Assembly (NCBI RefSeq): GCF_963921235.1
Contig: NC_086100.1
Coordinates: 198,650,001 to 198,714,000 of the forward strand
Source: Mobula hypostoma
Taxonomy: Eukaryota
DNA: 64,000 nucleotides
Reading direction: 5' to 3'
Positions 46,838 through 61,044 of this stretch are shown in pieces. Each line of letters begins with the position of its first letter. Position 1 is the stretch's first letter. The position numbers were made by a program, and so were the translations under genes. The notes under the pieces were generated by a model. That model worked only from the letters and a program-made list of their open reading frames with translations, was not told where the DNA came from and did not search any database.

Positions 46838-49800
46838 GTGAGAGACAGTGTTATTGGAGTGTGGTGATGTGGGGAATAGGAGAGAGACAGTGTTATTGGA
46901 GTGTGGTGATGTGGGGAATAGGAGAGAGACAGTGTTATTGGTGTGTGGTGATGTGGGGAATAGGAGAGAGACAGTGTTATTGGTGTGTGGTGATGTGGGG
47001 AATAGGTGAGAGACAGTGTTATTGGAGTGTGGTGATGTGGGGAATAGGAGAGAGACAGTGTTATTGGAGTGTGGTGATGTGGGGAATAGGAGAGAGACAG
47101 TGTTATTGGAGTGTGGTGATGTGGGGAATAGGAGAGAGACAGTGTTATTGGTGTGTGGTGATGTGGGGAATAGGAGAGAGACAGTGTTATTGGAGTGTGG
47201 TGATGTGGGGAATAGGAGAGAGACAGTGTTATTGGAGTGTGGTGATGTGGGGAATAGGAGAGAGACAGTGTTATTGGAGTGTGGTGATGTGGGGAATAGG
47301 AGAGAGACAGTGTTATTGGAGTGTGGTGATGTGGGGAATAGGAGAGAGACAGTGTTATTGGAGTGTGGTGATGTGGGGAATAGGAGAGAGACAGTGTTAT
47401 TGGAGTGTGGTGATGTGGGGAATAGGAGAGAGACAGTGTTATTGGAGTGTGGTGATGTGGGGAATAGGAGAGAGACAGTGTTATTGGTGTGTGGTGATGT
47501 GGGGAATAGGAGAGAGACAGTGTTATTGGAGTGTGGTGATGTGGGGAATAGGAGAGAGACAGTGTTATTGGATGTGTGGTGATGTGTGGGGAATAGGAGG
47601 AGAGAGACAGTGTTATTGGAGTGTGGTGATGTGGGGAATAGGAGAGAGACAGTGTTATTGGGTGTGGTGATGTGGGGAATAGGAGAGACAGTGTTATTGG
47701 TTGGTGATGTGGGAATAGGAGAGAAGTGTATTGGAGTGTGGTGATGTGGGGAATAGGAGAGAGACAGTGTGGGTGATGTGGGATGTGTGGGTGTGGTGAT
47801 GTGGGGAATAGGAGAGAGACAGTGTTATTGTGTGGTGATGTGGGGAATAGGAGAGAGCAGGTTATTGGAGTGTGGTGATGTGGGGAATAGGAGAGAGACA
47901 GTGTTATTGGAGTGTGGTGATGTGGGGAATAGGAGAGAGACAGTGTTATTGGAGTGTGGTGATGTGGGGAATAGGAGAGAGACAGTGTTATTGGAGTGTG
48001 GTGATGTGGGGAATAGGAGAGAGACAGTGTTATTGGAGTGTGGTGATGTGGGGAATAGGAGAGAGACAGTGTTATTGGAGTGTGGTGATGTGGGGAATAG
48101 GAGAGAGACAGTGTTATTGGAGTGTGGTGATGTGGGGAATAGGAGAGAGACAGTGTTATTGGAGTGTGGTGTGAGTGTGGTGATGTGGGGAATAGGAGAG
48201 AGACAGTGTTATTGGAGTGTGGTGATGTGGGGAATAGGAGAGAGACAGTGTTATTGGAGTGTGGTGATGTGGGGAATAGGAGAGAGACAGTGTTATTGGT
48301 GGTGATGTGGGGAATAGGAGAGAGACAGTGTTTTGGTGTGTGGTGATGTGGGGAATAGGAGAGAGACAGTGTTATTGGAGTGTGGTGATGTGGGGAATAG
48401 GAGAGAGACAGTGTTATTGGAGTGTGGTGATGTGGGGAATAGGAGAGAGACAGTGTTATTGGAGTGTGGTGATGTGGGGAATAGGAGAGAGACAGTGTTA
48501 TTGGAGTGTGGTGATGTGGGATAGGGAGAGACAGTGTTATTGGAGTGTGGTGATGTGGGGAATAGGAGAGAGACAGTGTGGTATTGGAGTGTGGTGATGT
48601 GGGGAATAGGAGAGAGACATGTGGTGATGTGGGGAATAGGAGAGAGACAGTGTTATTGGAGTGTGGTGATGTGGGGAATAGGAGAGAGACAGTGTTATTG
48701 GAGTGTGGTGATGTGGGGAATAGGAGAGAGACAGTGTTATTGGAGTGTGGTGATGTGGGGAATAGGAGAGAGACAGTGTTATTGGAGTGTGGTGATGTGG
48801 GGAATAGGAGAGAGACAGTGTTATTGGAGTGTGGTGATGTGGGGAATAGGAGAGAGAGACAGTGTTATTGGAGTGTGGTGATGTGGGGAATAGGAGAGAG
48901 ACAGTGTTATTGGTGTGTGGTGATGTGGGGAATAGGAGAGAGACAGTGTTATTGGAGTGTGGTGATGTGGGGAATAGGAGAGAGACAGTGTTATTGGTGT
49001 GTGGTGATGTGGGGAATAGGAGAGAGACAGTGTTATTGGAGTGTGGTGATGTGGGGAATAGGAGAGAGACAGTGTTATTGGAGTGTGGTGATGTGGGGAA
49101 TAGGAGAGAGACAGTGTTATTGGAGTGTGGTGATGTGGGGAATAGGTGAGAGACAGTGTTATTGGTGTGTGGTGATGTGGGGAATAGGAGAGAGACAGTG
49201 TTATTGGAGTGTGGTGATGTGGGGAATAGGAGAGAGACAGTGTTATTGGTGTGTGGTGATGTGGGGAATAGGAGAGAGACAGTGTTATTGGAGTGTGGTG
49301 ATGTGGGGAATAGGAGAGGAGTGTTATTGGAGTGTGGTGATGTGGGGAATAGGAGAGAGACAGTGTTATTGGAGTGTGGTGATGTGGGGAATAGGAGAGA
49401 GACAGTGTTATTGGAGTGTGGTGATGTGGGGAATAGGAGAGAGACAGTGTTATTGGAGTGTGGTGATGTGGGGAATAGGAGAGAGACAGTGTTATTGGTG
49501 TGTGGTGATGTGGGGAATAGGTGAGAGACAGTGTTATTGGAGTGTGGTGATGTGGGGAATAGAGGAGAGACAGTGTTATTGGAGTGTGGTGATGTGGGGA
49601 ATAGGAGAGAGACAGTGTTATTGGAGTGTGGTGATGTGGGGAATAGGAGAGAGACAGTGTTATTGGAGTGTGGTGATGTGGGGAATAGGAGAGAGACAGT
49701 GTTATTGGAGTGTGGTGATGTGGGGAATAGGAGAGAGACAGTGTTATTGGGTGTGGTGATGTGGGGAATAGGAGAGAGACAGTGTTATTGGAGTGTGGTG

Positions 49801-52800
49801 ATGTGGGGAATAGGAGAGAGACAGTGTTATTGGAGTGTGGTGATGTGGGGAATAGGAGAGAGACAGTGTTATTGGAGTGTGGTGATGTGGGGAATAGGAG
49901 AGAGACAGTGTTATTGGAGTGTGGTGATGTGGGGAATAGGTGAGAGACAGTGTTATTGGTGTGTGGTGATGTGGGGAATAGGAGAGAGACAGTGTTATTG
50001 GAGTGTGGTGATGTGGGGAATAGGAGAGAGACAGTGTTATTGGAGTGTGGTGATGTGGGGAATAGGAGAGAGACAGTGTTATTGGAGTGTGGTGATGTGG
50101 GGAATAGGAGAGAGACAGTGTTATTGGAGTGTGGTGATGTGGGGAATAGGAGAGAGACAGTGTTATTGGAGTGTGGTGATGTGGGGAATAGGAGAGAGAC
50201 AGTGTTATTGGAGTGTGGTGATGTGGGGAATAGGAGAGAGACAGTGTTATTGGGTGTGGTGATGTGGGGAATAGGAGAGAGACAGTGTTATTGGAGTGTG
50301 GTGATGTGGGGAATAGGAGAGAGACAGTGTTATTGGTGTGTGGTGATGTGGGGAATAGGAGAGAGACAGTGTTATTGGAGTGTGGTGATGTGGGGAATAG
50401 GTGAGAGACAGTGTTATTGGAGTGTGGTGATGTGGGGAATAGGAGAGAGACAGTGTTATTGGAGTGTGGTGATGTGGGGAATAGGAGAGAGACAGTGTTA
50501 TTGGTGTGTGGTGATGTGGGGAATAGGAGAGAGACAGTGTTATTGGAGTGTGGTGATGTGGGGAATAGGTGAGAGACAGTGTTATTGGTGTGTGGTGATG
50601 TGGGGAATAGGAGAGAGACAGTGTTAGACAGTGAATAGGAGAGAGTGTTATTGGAGTGTGGTGATGTGGGGAATAGGAGAGAGACAGTGTTATTGGAGTG
50701 TGGTGATGTGGGGAATAGGAGAGAGACAGTGTTATTGGAGTGTGGTGATGTGGGGAATAGGAGAGAGACAGTGTTATTGGAGTGTGGTGATGTGGGGAAT
50801 AGGAGAGAGACAGTGTTATTGGAGTGTGGTGATGTGGGGAATAGGGAGAGACAGTGTTGGATTGGTGTGTGGTGATGTGGGGAATAGGAGAGAGACAGTG
50901 TTATTGGAGTGTGGTGATGTGGGGAATAGGAGAGAGACAGTGTTATTGGAATGTGTGGTGATGTGGGGAATAGGAGAGAGACAGTGTTATTGGTGTGTGG
51001 TGATGTGGGGAATAGGAGAGAGCAGTGTTATTGGAGTGTGGTGATGGGGAATGACAGTGAGTGTGGTGATGTGGGGAATAGGAGAGAGACAGTGTTATTG
51101 GAGTGTGGTGATGTGGGGAATAGGAGAGAGACAGTGTTATTGGAGTGTGGTGATGTGGGGAATAGGAGAGAGACAGTGTTATTGGAGTGTGGTGATGTGG
51201 GGAATAGGAGAGAGACAGTGTTATTGGAGTGTGGTGATGTGGGGAATAGGAGAGAGACAGTGTTATTGGAGTGTGGTGATGTGGGGAATAGGAGAGAGAC
51301 AGTGTTATTGGAGTGTGGTGATGTGGGGAATAGGAGAGAGACAGTGTTATTGGAGTGTGGTGATGTGGGGAATAGGAGAGAGACAGTGTTATTGGAGTGT
51401 GGTGATGTGGGGAATAGGAGAGAGACAGTGTTATTGGAGTGTGGTGATGTGGGGAATAGGAGAGAGACAGTGTTATTGGAGTGTGGTGATGTGGGGAATA
51501 GGAGAGAGACAGTGTTATTGGAGTGTGGTGATGTGGGGAATAGGAGAGAGACAGTGTTATTGGAGTGTGGTGATGTGGGGAATAGGAGAGAGACAGTGTT
51601 ATTGGAGTGTGGTGATGTGGGGAATAGGAGAGAGACAGTGTTATTGGAGTGTGGTGATGTGGGGAATAGGAGAGAGACAGTGTTATTGGAGTGTGGTGAT
51701 GTGGGGAATAGGAGAGAGACAGTGTTATTGGAGTGTGGTGATGTGGGGAATAGGAGAGAGACAGTGTTATTGGAGTGTGGTGATGTGGGGAATAGGAGAG
51801 AGACAGTGTTATTGGTGTGTGGTGATGTGGGGAATAGGAGAGAGACAGTGTTATTGGAGTGTGGTGATGTGGGGAATAGGAGAGAGACAGTGTTATTGGT
51901 GTGTGGTGATGTGGGGAATAGGAGAGAGACAGTGTTATTGGTGTGTGGTGATGTGGGGAATAGGAGAGAGACAGTGTTATTGGAGTGTGGTGATGTGGGG
52001 AATAGGAGAGAGACAGTGTTATTGGTATGTGGTGATGTGGGGAATAGGAGAGAGACAGTGTTATTGGAGTGTGGTGATGTGGGGAATAGGAGAGAGACAG
52101 TGTTATTGGAGTGTGGTGATGTGGGGAATAGGAGAGAGACAGTGTTATTGGAGTGTGGTGATGTGGGGAATAGGAGAGAGACAGTGTTATTGGAGTGTGG
52201 TGATGTGGGGAATAGGAGAGAGACAGTGTTATTGGTGTGTGGTGATGTGGGGAATAGGAGAGAGACAGTGTTATTGGAGTGTGGTGATGTGGGGAATAGG
52301 AGAGAGACAGTGTTATTGGAGTGTGGTGATGTGGGGAATAGGAGAGAGACAGTGTTATTGGTGTGTGGTGATGTGGGGAATAGGAGAGAGACAGTGTTAT
52401 TGGTGTGTGGTGATGTGGGGAATAGGAGAGAGACAGTGTTATTGGTGTGTGGTGATGTGGGGAATAGGAGGAGACAGTGTTATTGGAGTGTGGTGATTGT
52501 GTGGTGAATAGGAGAGAGACAGTGTTATTGGAGTGTGGTGATGTGGGGAATAGGAGAGAGACAGTGTTATTGGTGTGTGGTGATGTGGGGAATAGGAGAG
52601 AGACAGTGTTATTGGAGTGTGGTGATGTGGGGAATAGGAGAGAGACAGTGTTATTGGAGTGTGGTGATGTGGGGAATAGGAGAGAGACAGTGTTATTGGT
52701 GTGTGGTGATGTGGGGAATAGGAGAGAGACAGTGTTATTGGTGTGTGGTGATGTGGGGAATAGGAGAGAGACAGTGTTATTGGTGTGTGGTGATGTGGGG

Positions 52801-55800
52801 AATAGGAGAGAGACAGTGTTATTGGAGTGTGGTGATGTGGGGAATAGGAGAGAGACAGTGTTATTGGAGTGTGGTGATGTGGGGAATAGGAGAGAGACAG
52901 TGTTATTGGTGTGTGGTGATGTGGGGAATAGGAGAGAGACAGTGTTATTGGAGTGTGGTGATGTGGGGAATAGGAGAGAGACAGTGTTATTGGAGTGTGG
53001 TGATGTGGGGAATAGGAGAGAGACAGTGTTATTGGAGTGTGGTGATGTGGGGAATAGGAGAGAGACAGTGTTATTGGAGTGTGGTGATGTGGGGAATAGG
53101 TGAGAGACAGTGTTATTGGTGTGTGGTGATGTGGGGAATAGGTGAGAGACAGTGTTATTGGTGTGTGGTGATGTGGGGAATAGGAGAGACAGTGTTATTG
53201 GAGTGTGGTGATGTGGGGAATAGGAGAGAGACAGTGTTATTGGAGTGTGGTGATGTGGGGAATAGGAGAGAGACAGTGTTATTGGAGTGTGGTGATGTCG
53301 GGAATAGGAGAGACACAGTGTTATTGGAGTGTGGTGATGTGGGGAATAGGAGAGAGACAGTGTTATTGGAGTGTGGTGATGTGGGAAATAGGAGAGAGGC
53401 AGTGTTATTGGAGTGTGGTGATGTGGGGAATAGAGGAGAGACAGTGTTATTGGTATGTGGTGATGTGGGGAATAGGAGAGAGACAGTGTTATTGGAGTGT
53501 GGTGATGTGGGGAATAGGAGAGAGACAGTGTTATTGGAGTGTGGTGATGTGGGGAATAGGAGAGAGACAGTGTTATTGGTGTGTGGTGATGTGGGGAATA
53601 GGAGAGAGACAGTGTTATTGGAGTGTGGTGATGTGGGGAATAGGAGAGAGACAGTGTTATTGGAGTGTGGTGATGTGGGGAATAGGAGAGAGACAGTGTT
53701 ATTGGAGTGTGGTGATGTGGGGAATAGGAGAGAGACAGTGTTATTGGAGTGTGGTGATGTGGGGAATAGGAGAGAGACAGTGTTATTGGAGTGTGGTGAT
53801 GTGGGGAATAGGAGAGAGACAGTGTTATTGGAGTGTGGTGATGTGGGGAATAGGAGAGAGACAGTGTTATTGGAGTGTGGTGATGTGGGGAATAGGAGAG
53901 AGACAGTGTTATTGGAGTGTGGTGATGTGGGGAATAGGAGAGAGACAGTGTTATTGGAGTGTGGTGATGTGGGGAATAGGAGAGAGACAGTGTTATTGGA
54001 GTGTGGTGATGTGGGGAATAGGAGAGAGACAGTGTTATTGGAGTGTGGTGATGTGGGGAATAGGAGAGAGACAGTGTTATTGGTGTGTGGTGATGTGGGG
54101 AATAGGAGAGAGACAGTGTTATTGGAGTGTGGTGATGTGGGGAATAGGAGAGAGACAGTGTTATTGGAGTGTGGTGATGTGGGGAATAGGAGAGAGACAG
54201 TGTTATTGGAGTGTGGTGATGTGGGGAATAGGAGAGAGACAGTGTTATTGGAGTGTGGTGATGTGGGGAATAGGAGAGAGACAGTGTTATTGGTGTGTGG
54301 TGATGTGGGGAATAGGAGAGAGACAGTGTTATTGGAGTGTGGTGATGTGGGGAATAGGAGAGAGACAGTGTTATTGGAGTGTGGTGATGTGGGGAATAGG
54401 AGAGAGACAGTGTTATTGGAGTGTGGTGATGTGGGGAATAGGAGAGAGACAGTGTTATTGGAGTGTGGTGATGTGGGGAATAGGAGAGAGACAGTGTTAT
54501 TGGAGTGTGGTGATGTGGGGAATAGGAGAGAGACAGTGTTATTGGAGTGTGGTGATGTGGGGAATAGGAGAGAGACAGTGTTATTGGTGTGTGGTGATGT
54601 GGGGAATAGGAGAGAGACAGTGTTATTGGAGTGTGGTGATGTGGGGAATAGGAGAGAGACAGTGTTATTGGTGTGTGGTGATGTGGGGAATAGGGAGAGA
54701 CAGTGTTATTGGAGTGTGGTGATGTGGGGAATAGGGAGAGACAGTGTTATTGGAGTGTGGTGATGTGGGGAATAGGAGAGAGACAGTGTTATTGGAGTGT
54801 GGTGATGTGGGGAATAGGAGAGAGACAGTGTTATTGGTGTGTGGTGATGTGGGGAATAGGAGAGAGACAGTGTTATTGGAGTGTGGTGATGTGGGGAATA
54901 GGAGAGAGACAGTGTTATTGGTGTGTGGTGATGTGGGGAATAGGGGAGAGAGACAGTGTTATTGGAGTGTGGTGATGTGGGGAATAGGAGAGAGACAGTG
55001 TTATTGGAGTGTGGTGATGTGGGGAATAGGAGAGAGACAGTGTTATTGGAGTGTGGTGATGTGGGGAATAGGAGAGAGACAGTGTTATTGGAGTGTGGTG
55101 ATGTGGGGAATAGGAGAGAGACAGTGTTATTGGAGTGTGGTGATGTGGGGAATAGGAGAGAGACAGTGTTATTGGTGTGTGGTGATGTGGGGAATAGGAG
55201 AGAGACAGTGTTATTGGAGTGTGGTGATGTGGGGAATAGGAGAGAGAGTGTTATTGGAGTGTGGTGATGTGGGGAATAGGAGAGAGACAGTGTTATTGGT
55301 GTGTGGTGATGTGGGGAATAGGAGAGAGACAGTGTTATTGGTGTGTGGTGATGTGGGGAATAGGAGAGAGACAGTGTTATTGGAGTGTGGTGATGTGGGG
55401 AATAGGAGAGAGACAGTGTTATTGGTGTGTGGTGATGTGGGGAATAGGAGAGAGACAGTGTTATTGGAGTGTGGTGATGTGGGGAATAGGAGAGAGACAG
55501 TGTTATTGGAGTGTGGTGATGTGGGGAATAGGAGAGAGACAGTGTTATTGGAGTGTGGTGATGTGGGGAATAGGAGAGAGACAGTGTTATTGGAGTGTGG
55601 TGATGTGGGGAATAGGAGAGAGACAGTGTTATTGGAGTGTGGTGATGTGGGGAATAGGAGAGAGACAGTGTTATTGGAGTGTGGTGATGTGGGGAATAGG
55701 AGAGAGACAGTGTTATTGGAGTGTGGTGATGTGGGGAATAGGTGAGAGACAGTGTTATTGGAGTGTGGTGATGTGGGGAATAGGAGAGAGACAGTGTTAT

Positions 55801-58800
55801 TGGAGTGTGGTGATGTGGGGAATAGGTGAGAGACAGTGTTATTGGAGTGTGGTGATGTGGGGAATAGGAGAGAGACAGTGTTATTGGAGTGTGGTGATGT
55901 GGGGAATAGGAGAGAGACAGTGTTATTGGAGTGTGGTGATGTGGGGAATAGGAGAGAGACAGTGTTATTGGAGTGTGGTGATGTGGGGAATAGGAGAGAG
56001 ACAGTGTTATTGGAGTGTGGTGATGTGGGGAATAGGAGAGAGACAGTGTTATTGGAGTGTGGTGATGTGGGGAATAGGAGAGAGACAGTGTTATTGGAGT
56101 GTGGTGATGTGGGGAATAGGAGAGAGACAGTGTTATTGGTGTGTGGTGATGTGGGGAATAGGAGAGAGACAGTGTTATTGGAGTGTGGTGATGTGGGGAA
56201 TAGGAGAGAGACAGTGTTATTGGTGTGTGGTGATGTGGGGAATAGGAGAGAGACAGTGTTATTGGTGTGTGGTGATGTGGGGAATAGGAGAGAGACAGTG
56301 TTATTGGAGTGTGGTGATGTGGGGAATAGGAGAGAGACAGTGTTATTGGAGTGTGGTGATGTGGGGAATAGGAGAGAGACAGTGTTATTGGAGTGTGGTG
56401 ATGTGGGGAATAGAGGAGAGAGACAGTGTTATTGGTATGTGGTGATGTGGGGAATAGGAGAGAGACAGTGTTATTGGAGTGTGGTGATGTGGGGAATAGG
56501 AGAGAGACAGTGTTATTGGAGTGTGGTGATGTGGGGAATAGGAGAGAGACAGTGTTATTGGTGTGTGGTGATGTGGGGAATAGGAGAGAGACAGTGTTAT
56601 TGGAGTGTGGTGATGTGGGGAATAGGAGAGAGACAGTGTTATTGGTGTGTGGTGATGTGGGGAATAGGAGAGAGACAGTGTTATTGGTGTGTGGTGATGT
56701 GGGGAATAGGAGAGAGACAGTGTTATTGGTGTGTGGTGATGTGGGGAATAGGAGAGAGACAGTGTTATTGGTGTGTGGTGATGTGGGGAATAGGAGAGAG
56801 ACAGTGTTATTGGAGTGTGGTGATGTGGGGAATAGGAGAGAGACAGTGTTATTGGAGTGTGGTGATGTGGGGAATAGGAGAGAGACAGTGTTATTGGAGT
56901 GTGGTGATGTGGGGAATAGGAGAGAGACAGTGTTATTGGTGTGTGGTGATGTGGGGAATAGGAGAGAGACAGTGTTATTGGAGTGTGGTGATGTGGGGAA
57001 TAGGAGAGACACAGTGTTATTGGTATGTGGTGATGTGGGGAATAGGAGAGAGACAGTGTTATTGGAGTGTGGTGATGTGGGGAATAGGAGAGAGACAGTG
57101 TTATTGGTGTGTGGTGATGTGGGGAATAGGTGAGAGACAGTGTTATTGGAGTGTGGTGATGTGGGGAATAGGAGAGAGACAGTGTTATTGGAGTGTGGTG
57201 ATGTGGGGAATAGGAGAGAGACAGTGTTATTGGTGTGTGGTGATGTGGGGAATAGGAGAGAGACAGTGTTATTGGAGTGTGGTGATGTGGGGAATAGGAG
57301 AGAGACAGTGTTATTGGAGTGTGGTGATGTGGGGAATAGGAGAGAGACAGTGTTATTGGAGTGTGGTGATGTGGGGAATAGGAGAGAGACAGTGTTATTG
57401 GAGTGTGGTGATGTGGGGAATAGGAGAGAGACAGTGTTATTGGTGTGTGGTGATGTGGGGAATAGGAGAGAGACAGTGTTATTGGTGTGTGGTGATGTGG
57501 GGAATAGGAGAGAGACAGTGTTATTGGAGTGTGGTGATGTGGGGAATAGGAGAGAGACAGTGTTATTGGAGTGTGGTGATGTGGGGAATAGGAGAGAGAC
57601 AGTGTTATTGGAGTGTGGTGATGTGGGGAATAGGAGAGAGACAGTGTTATTGGAGTGTGGTGATGTGGGGAATAGGAGAGAGACAGTGTTATTGGAGTGT
57701 GGTGATGTGGGGAATAGGAGAGAGACAGTGTTATTGGAGTGTGGTGATGTGGGGAATAGGAGAGAGACAGTGTTATTGGTATGTGGTGATGTGGGGAATA
57801 GGAGAGAGGCAGTGTTATTGGAGTGTGGTGATGTGGGGAATAGGAGAGAGACAGTGTTATTGGAGTGTGGTGATGTGGGGAATAGGAGAGAGACAGTGTT
57901 ATTGGTGTGTGGTGATGTGGGGAATAGGAGAGAGACAGTGTTATTGGAGTGTGGTGATGTGGGGAATAGGAGAGAGACAGTGTTATTGGAGTGTGGTGAT
58001 GTGGGGAATAGGAGAGAGACAGTGTTATTGGAGTGTGGTGATGTGGGGAATAGGAGAGAGACAGTGTTATTGGAGTGTGGTGATGTGGGGAATAGGAGAG
58101 AGACAGTGTTATTGGAGTGTGGTGATGTGGGGAATAGGAGAGAGACAGTGTTATTGGAGTGTGGTGATGTGGGGAATAGGAGAGAGACAGTGTTATTGGA
58201 GTGTGGTGATGTGGGGAATAGGAGAGAGACAGTGTTATTGGAGTGTGGTGATGTGGGGAATAGGAGAGAGACAGTGTTATTGGAGTGTGGTGATGTGGGG
58301 AATAGGAGAGAGACAGTGTTATTGGAGTGTGGTGATGTGGGGAATAGGAGAGAGACAGTGTTATTGGAGTGTGGTGATGTGGGGAATAGGAGAGAGACAG
58401 TGTTAGTTGGTGATGTGGGGAATAGGAGAGAGACAGTGTTATTGGGTGTGGTGATGTGGGGAATAGGAGAGAGACAGTGTTATTGGAGTGTGGTGATGTG
58501 GGGAATAGGAGAGAGACAGTGTTATTGGAGTGTGGTGATGTGGGGAATAGGAGAGAGACAGTGTTATTGGAGTGTGGTGATGTGGGGAATAGGAGAGAGA
58601 CAGTGTTATTGGAGTGTGGTGATGTGGGGAATAGGAGAGAGACAGTGTTATTGGAGTGTGGTGATGTGGGGAATAGGAGAGAGACAGTGTTATTGGAGTG
58701 TGGTGATGTGGGGAATAGGAGAGAGACAGTGTTATTGGAGTGTGGTGATGTGGGGAATAGGAGAGAGACAGTGTTATTGGAGTGTGGTGATGTGGGGAAT

Positions 58801-60718
58801 AGGAGAGAGACAGTGTTATTGGAGTGTGGTGATGTGGGGAATAGGAGAGAGACAGTGTTATTGGAGTGTGGTGATGTGGGGAATAGGAGAGAGACAGTGT
58901 TATTGGAGTGTGGTGATGTGGGGAATAGGAGAGAGACAGTGTTATTGGTGTGTGGTGATGTGGGGAATAGGAGAGAGACAGTGTTATTGGAGTGTGGTGA
59001 TGTGGGGAATAGGAGAGAGACAGTGTTATTGGAGTGTGGTGATGTGGGGAATAGGAGAGAGACAGTGTTATTGGAGTGTGGTGATGTGGGGAATAGGAGA
59101 GAGACAGTGTTATTGGAGTGTGGTGATGTGGGGAATAGGAGAGAGACAGTGTTATTGGAGTGTGGTGATGTGGGGAATAGGAGAGAGACAGTGTTATTGG
59201 GTGTGGTGATGTGGGGAATAGGAGAGAGACAGTGTTATTGGAGTGTGGTGATGTGGGGAATAGGAGAGAGACAGTGTTATTGGAGTGTGGTGATGTGGGG
59301 AATAGGAGAGAGACAGTGTTATTGGAGTGTGGTGATGTGGGGAATAGGAGAGAGACAGTGTTATTGGAGTGTGGTGATGTGGGGAATAGGAGAGAGACAG
59401 TGTTATTGGAGTGTGGTGATGTGGGGAATAGGAGAGAGACAGTGTTATTGGAGTGTGGTGATGTGGGGAATAGGAGAGAGACAGTGTTATTGGAGTGTGG
59501 TGATGTGGGGAATAGGAGAGAGACAGTGTTATTGGAGTGTGGTGATGTGGGGAATAGGAGAGAGACAGTGTTATTGGAGTGTGGTGATGTGGGGAATAGG
59601 AGAGAGACAGTGTTATTGGAGTGTGGTGATGTGGGGAATAGGAGAGAGACAGTGTTATTGGAGTGTGGTGATGTGGGGAATAGGAGAGAGACAGTGTTAT
59701 TGGTGTGTGGTGATGTGGGGAATAGGAGAGAGACAGTGTTATTGGAGTGTGGTGATGTGGGGAATAGGAGAGAGACAGTGTTATTGGGTGTGGTGATGTG
59801 GGGAATAGGAGAGAGACAGTGTTATTGGAGTGTGGTGATGTGGGGAATAGGAGAGAGACAGTGTTATTGGAGTGTGGTGATGTGGGGAATAGGAGAGAGA
59901 CAGTGTTATTGGAGTGTGGTGATGTGGGGAATAGGAGAGAGACAGTGTTATTGGAGTGTGGTGATGTGGGGAATAGGAGAGAGACAGTGTTATTGGAGTG
60001 TGGTGATGTGGGGAATAGGAGAGAGACAGTGTTATTGGAGTGTGGTGATGTGGGGAATAGGAGAGAGACAGTGTTATTGGAGTGTGGTGATGTGGGGAAT
60101 AGGAGAGAGACAGTGTTATTGGAGTGTGGTGATGTGGGGAATAGGAGAGAGACAGTGTTATTGGTATGGGTGTGGTGATGTGGGGAATAGGAGAGAGACA
60201 GTGTTATTGGAGTGTGGTGATGTGGGGAATAGGAGAGAGACAGTGTTATTGGAGTGTGGTGATGTGGGGAATAGGAGAGAGACAGTGTTATTGGAGTGTG
60301 GTGATGTGGGGAATATGTGGGGAGGAGAGACAGTGTTATTGGAGTGTGGTGATGTGGGGAATAGGAGAGAGACAGTGTTATTGGAGTGTGGTGATGTGGG
60401 GAATAGGAGAGAGACAGTGTTATTGGTGTGTGGTGATGTGGGGAATAGGAGAGAGACAGTGTTATTGGAGTGTGGTGATGTGGGGAATAGGAGAGAGAGT
60501 GTTATTGGAGTGTGGTGATGTGGGGAATAGGAGAGAGAGTGTTATTGGAGTGTGGTGATGTGGGGAATAGGAGAGAGACAGTGTTATTGGAGTGTGGTGA
60601 TGTGGGGAATAGGAGAGAGAGTGTTATTGGAGTGTGGTGATGTGGGGAATAGGAGAGAGAGTGTTATTGTAGTGTGGTGATGTGGGAAATAGGAGAGAGG
60701 CAGTGTTATTGGTGTGTG
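46838..60718. repeat. Tandem array of a 42-bp G-rich unit, about 13.9 kb, about 330 copies
   Basis: Consensus GGAGTGTGGTGATGTGGGGAATAGGAGAGAGACAGTGTTATT. Common variants are GGTGTGTGG and AGGTGAGAG, with occasional 1-2 bp indels. Confidence 0.99.
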
Positions 60719-61044
60719 CGGGGGGGGAGGCCTTTCACCCCACAGTGCCCATCCCGACCCTGATCCCTTCACATTGACCACTGGCAGAGTGGGGAGGGGG
60801 AGGTGTGAGAGATGGTGACCGAGGGGAGGGAGAGAGAGAGATGGAAGGGACATGCGCAGGAAGTTGGTGGGAAAGAAGGAGGAGACTGTGAGGAGGGACT
60901 GAGAGGACAGGGGTGGCGTGGATCTGCCTCCAGCTCGGCAGATCCCCCACAAGGTGTGGTGACCCGATGCTGATCCACACTGCCAGCACCGCAGGTCCGA
61001 TCGCCCGCCGAGGCTGCAATCCTCAGCACCACCAGACTGTCTGG

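Noticed and set aside
46792..60558. Long ORFs (up to 856 aa) of repeated WGIGERQCYWSVVM / LLECGDVGNRRETV / SYSPHHHTPITLSL
   Set aside because: These are artefacts of a 42-bp unit (a multiple of 3) lacking stops in several frames. Frames switch at random indels, and there are no splice signals or unique domains.
46838..60718. CRISPR-like array
   Set aside because: The units are contiguous with no unique spacers, there are no cas genes, and the context is vertebrate.
60720..61040. GC-rich unique stretch after the satellite as a coding exon
   Set aside because: All three + frames after the CCCACAG acceptor-like site stop early, and the - strand ORFs are low-complexity with no recognisable homology. 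I cannot support an exon call.
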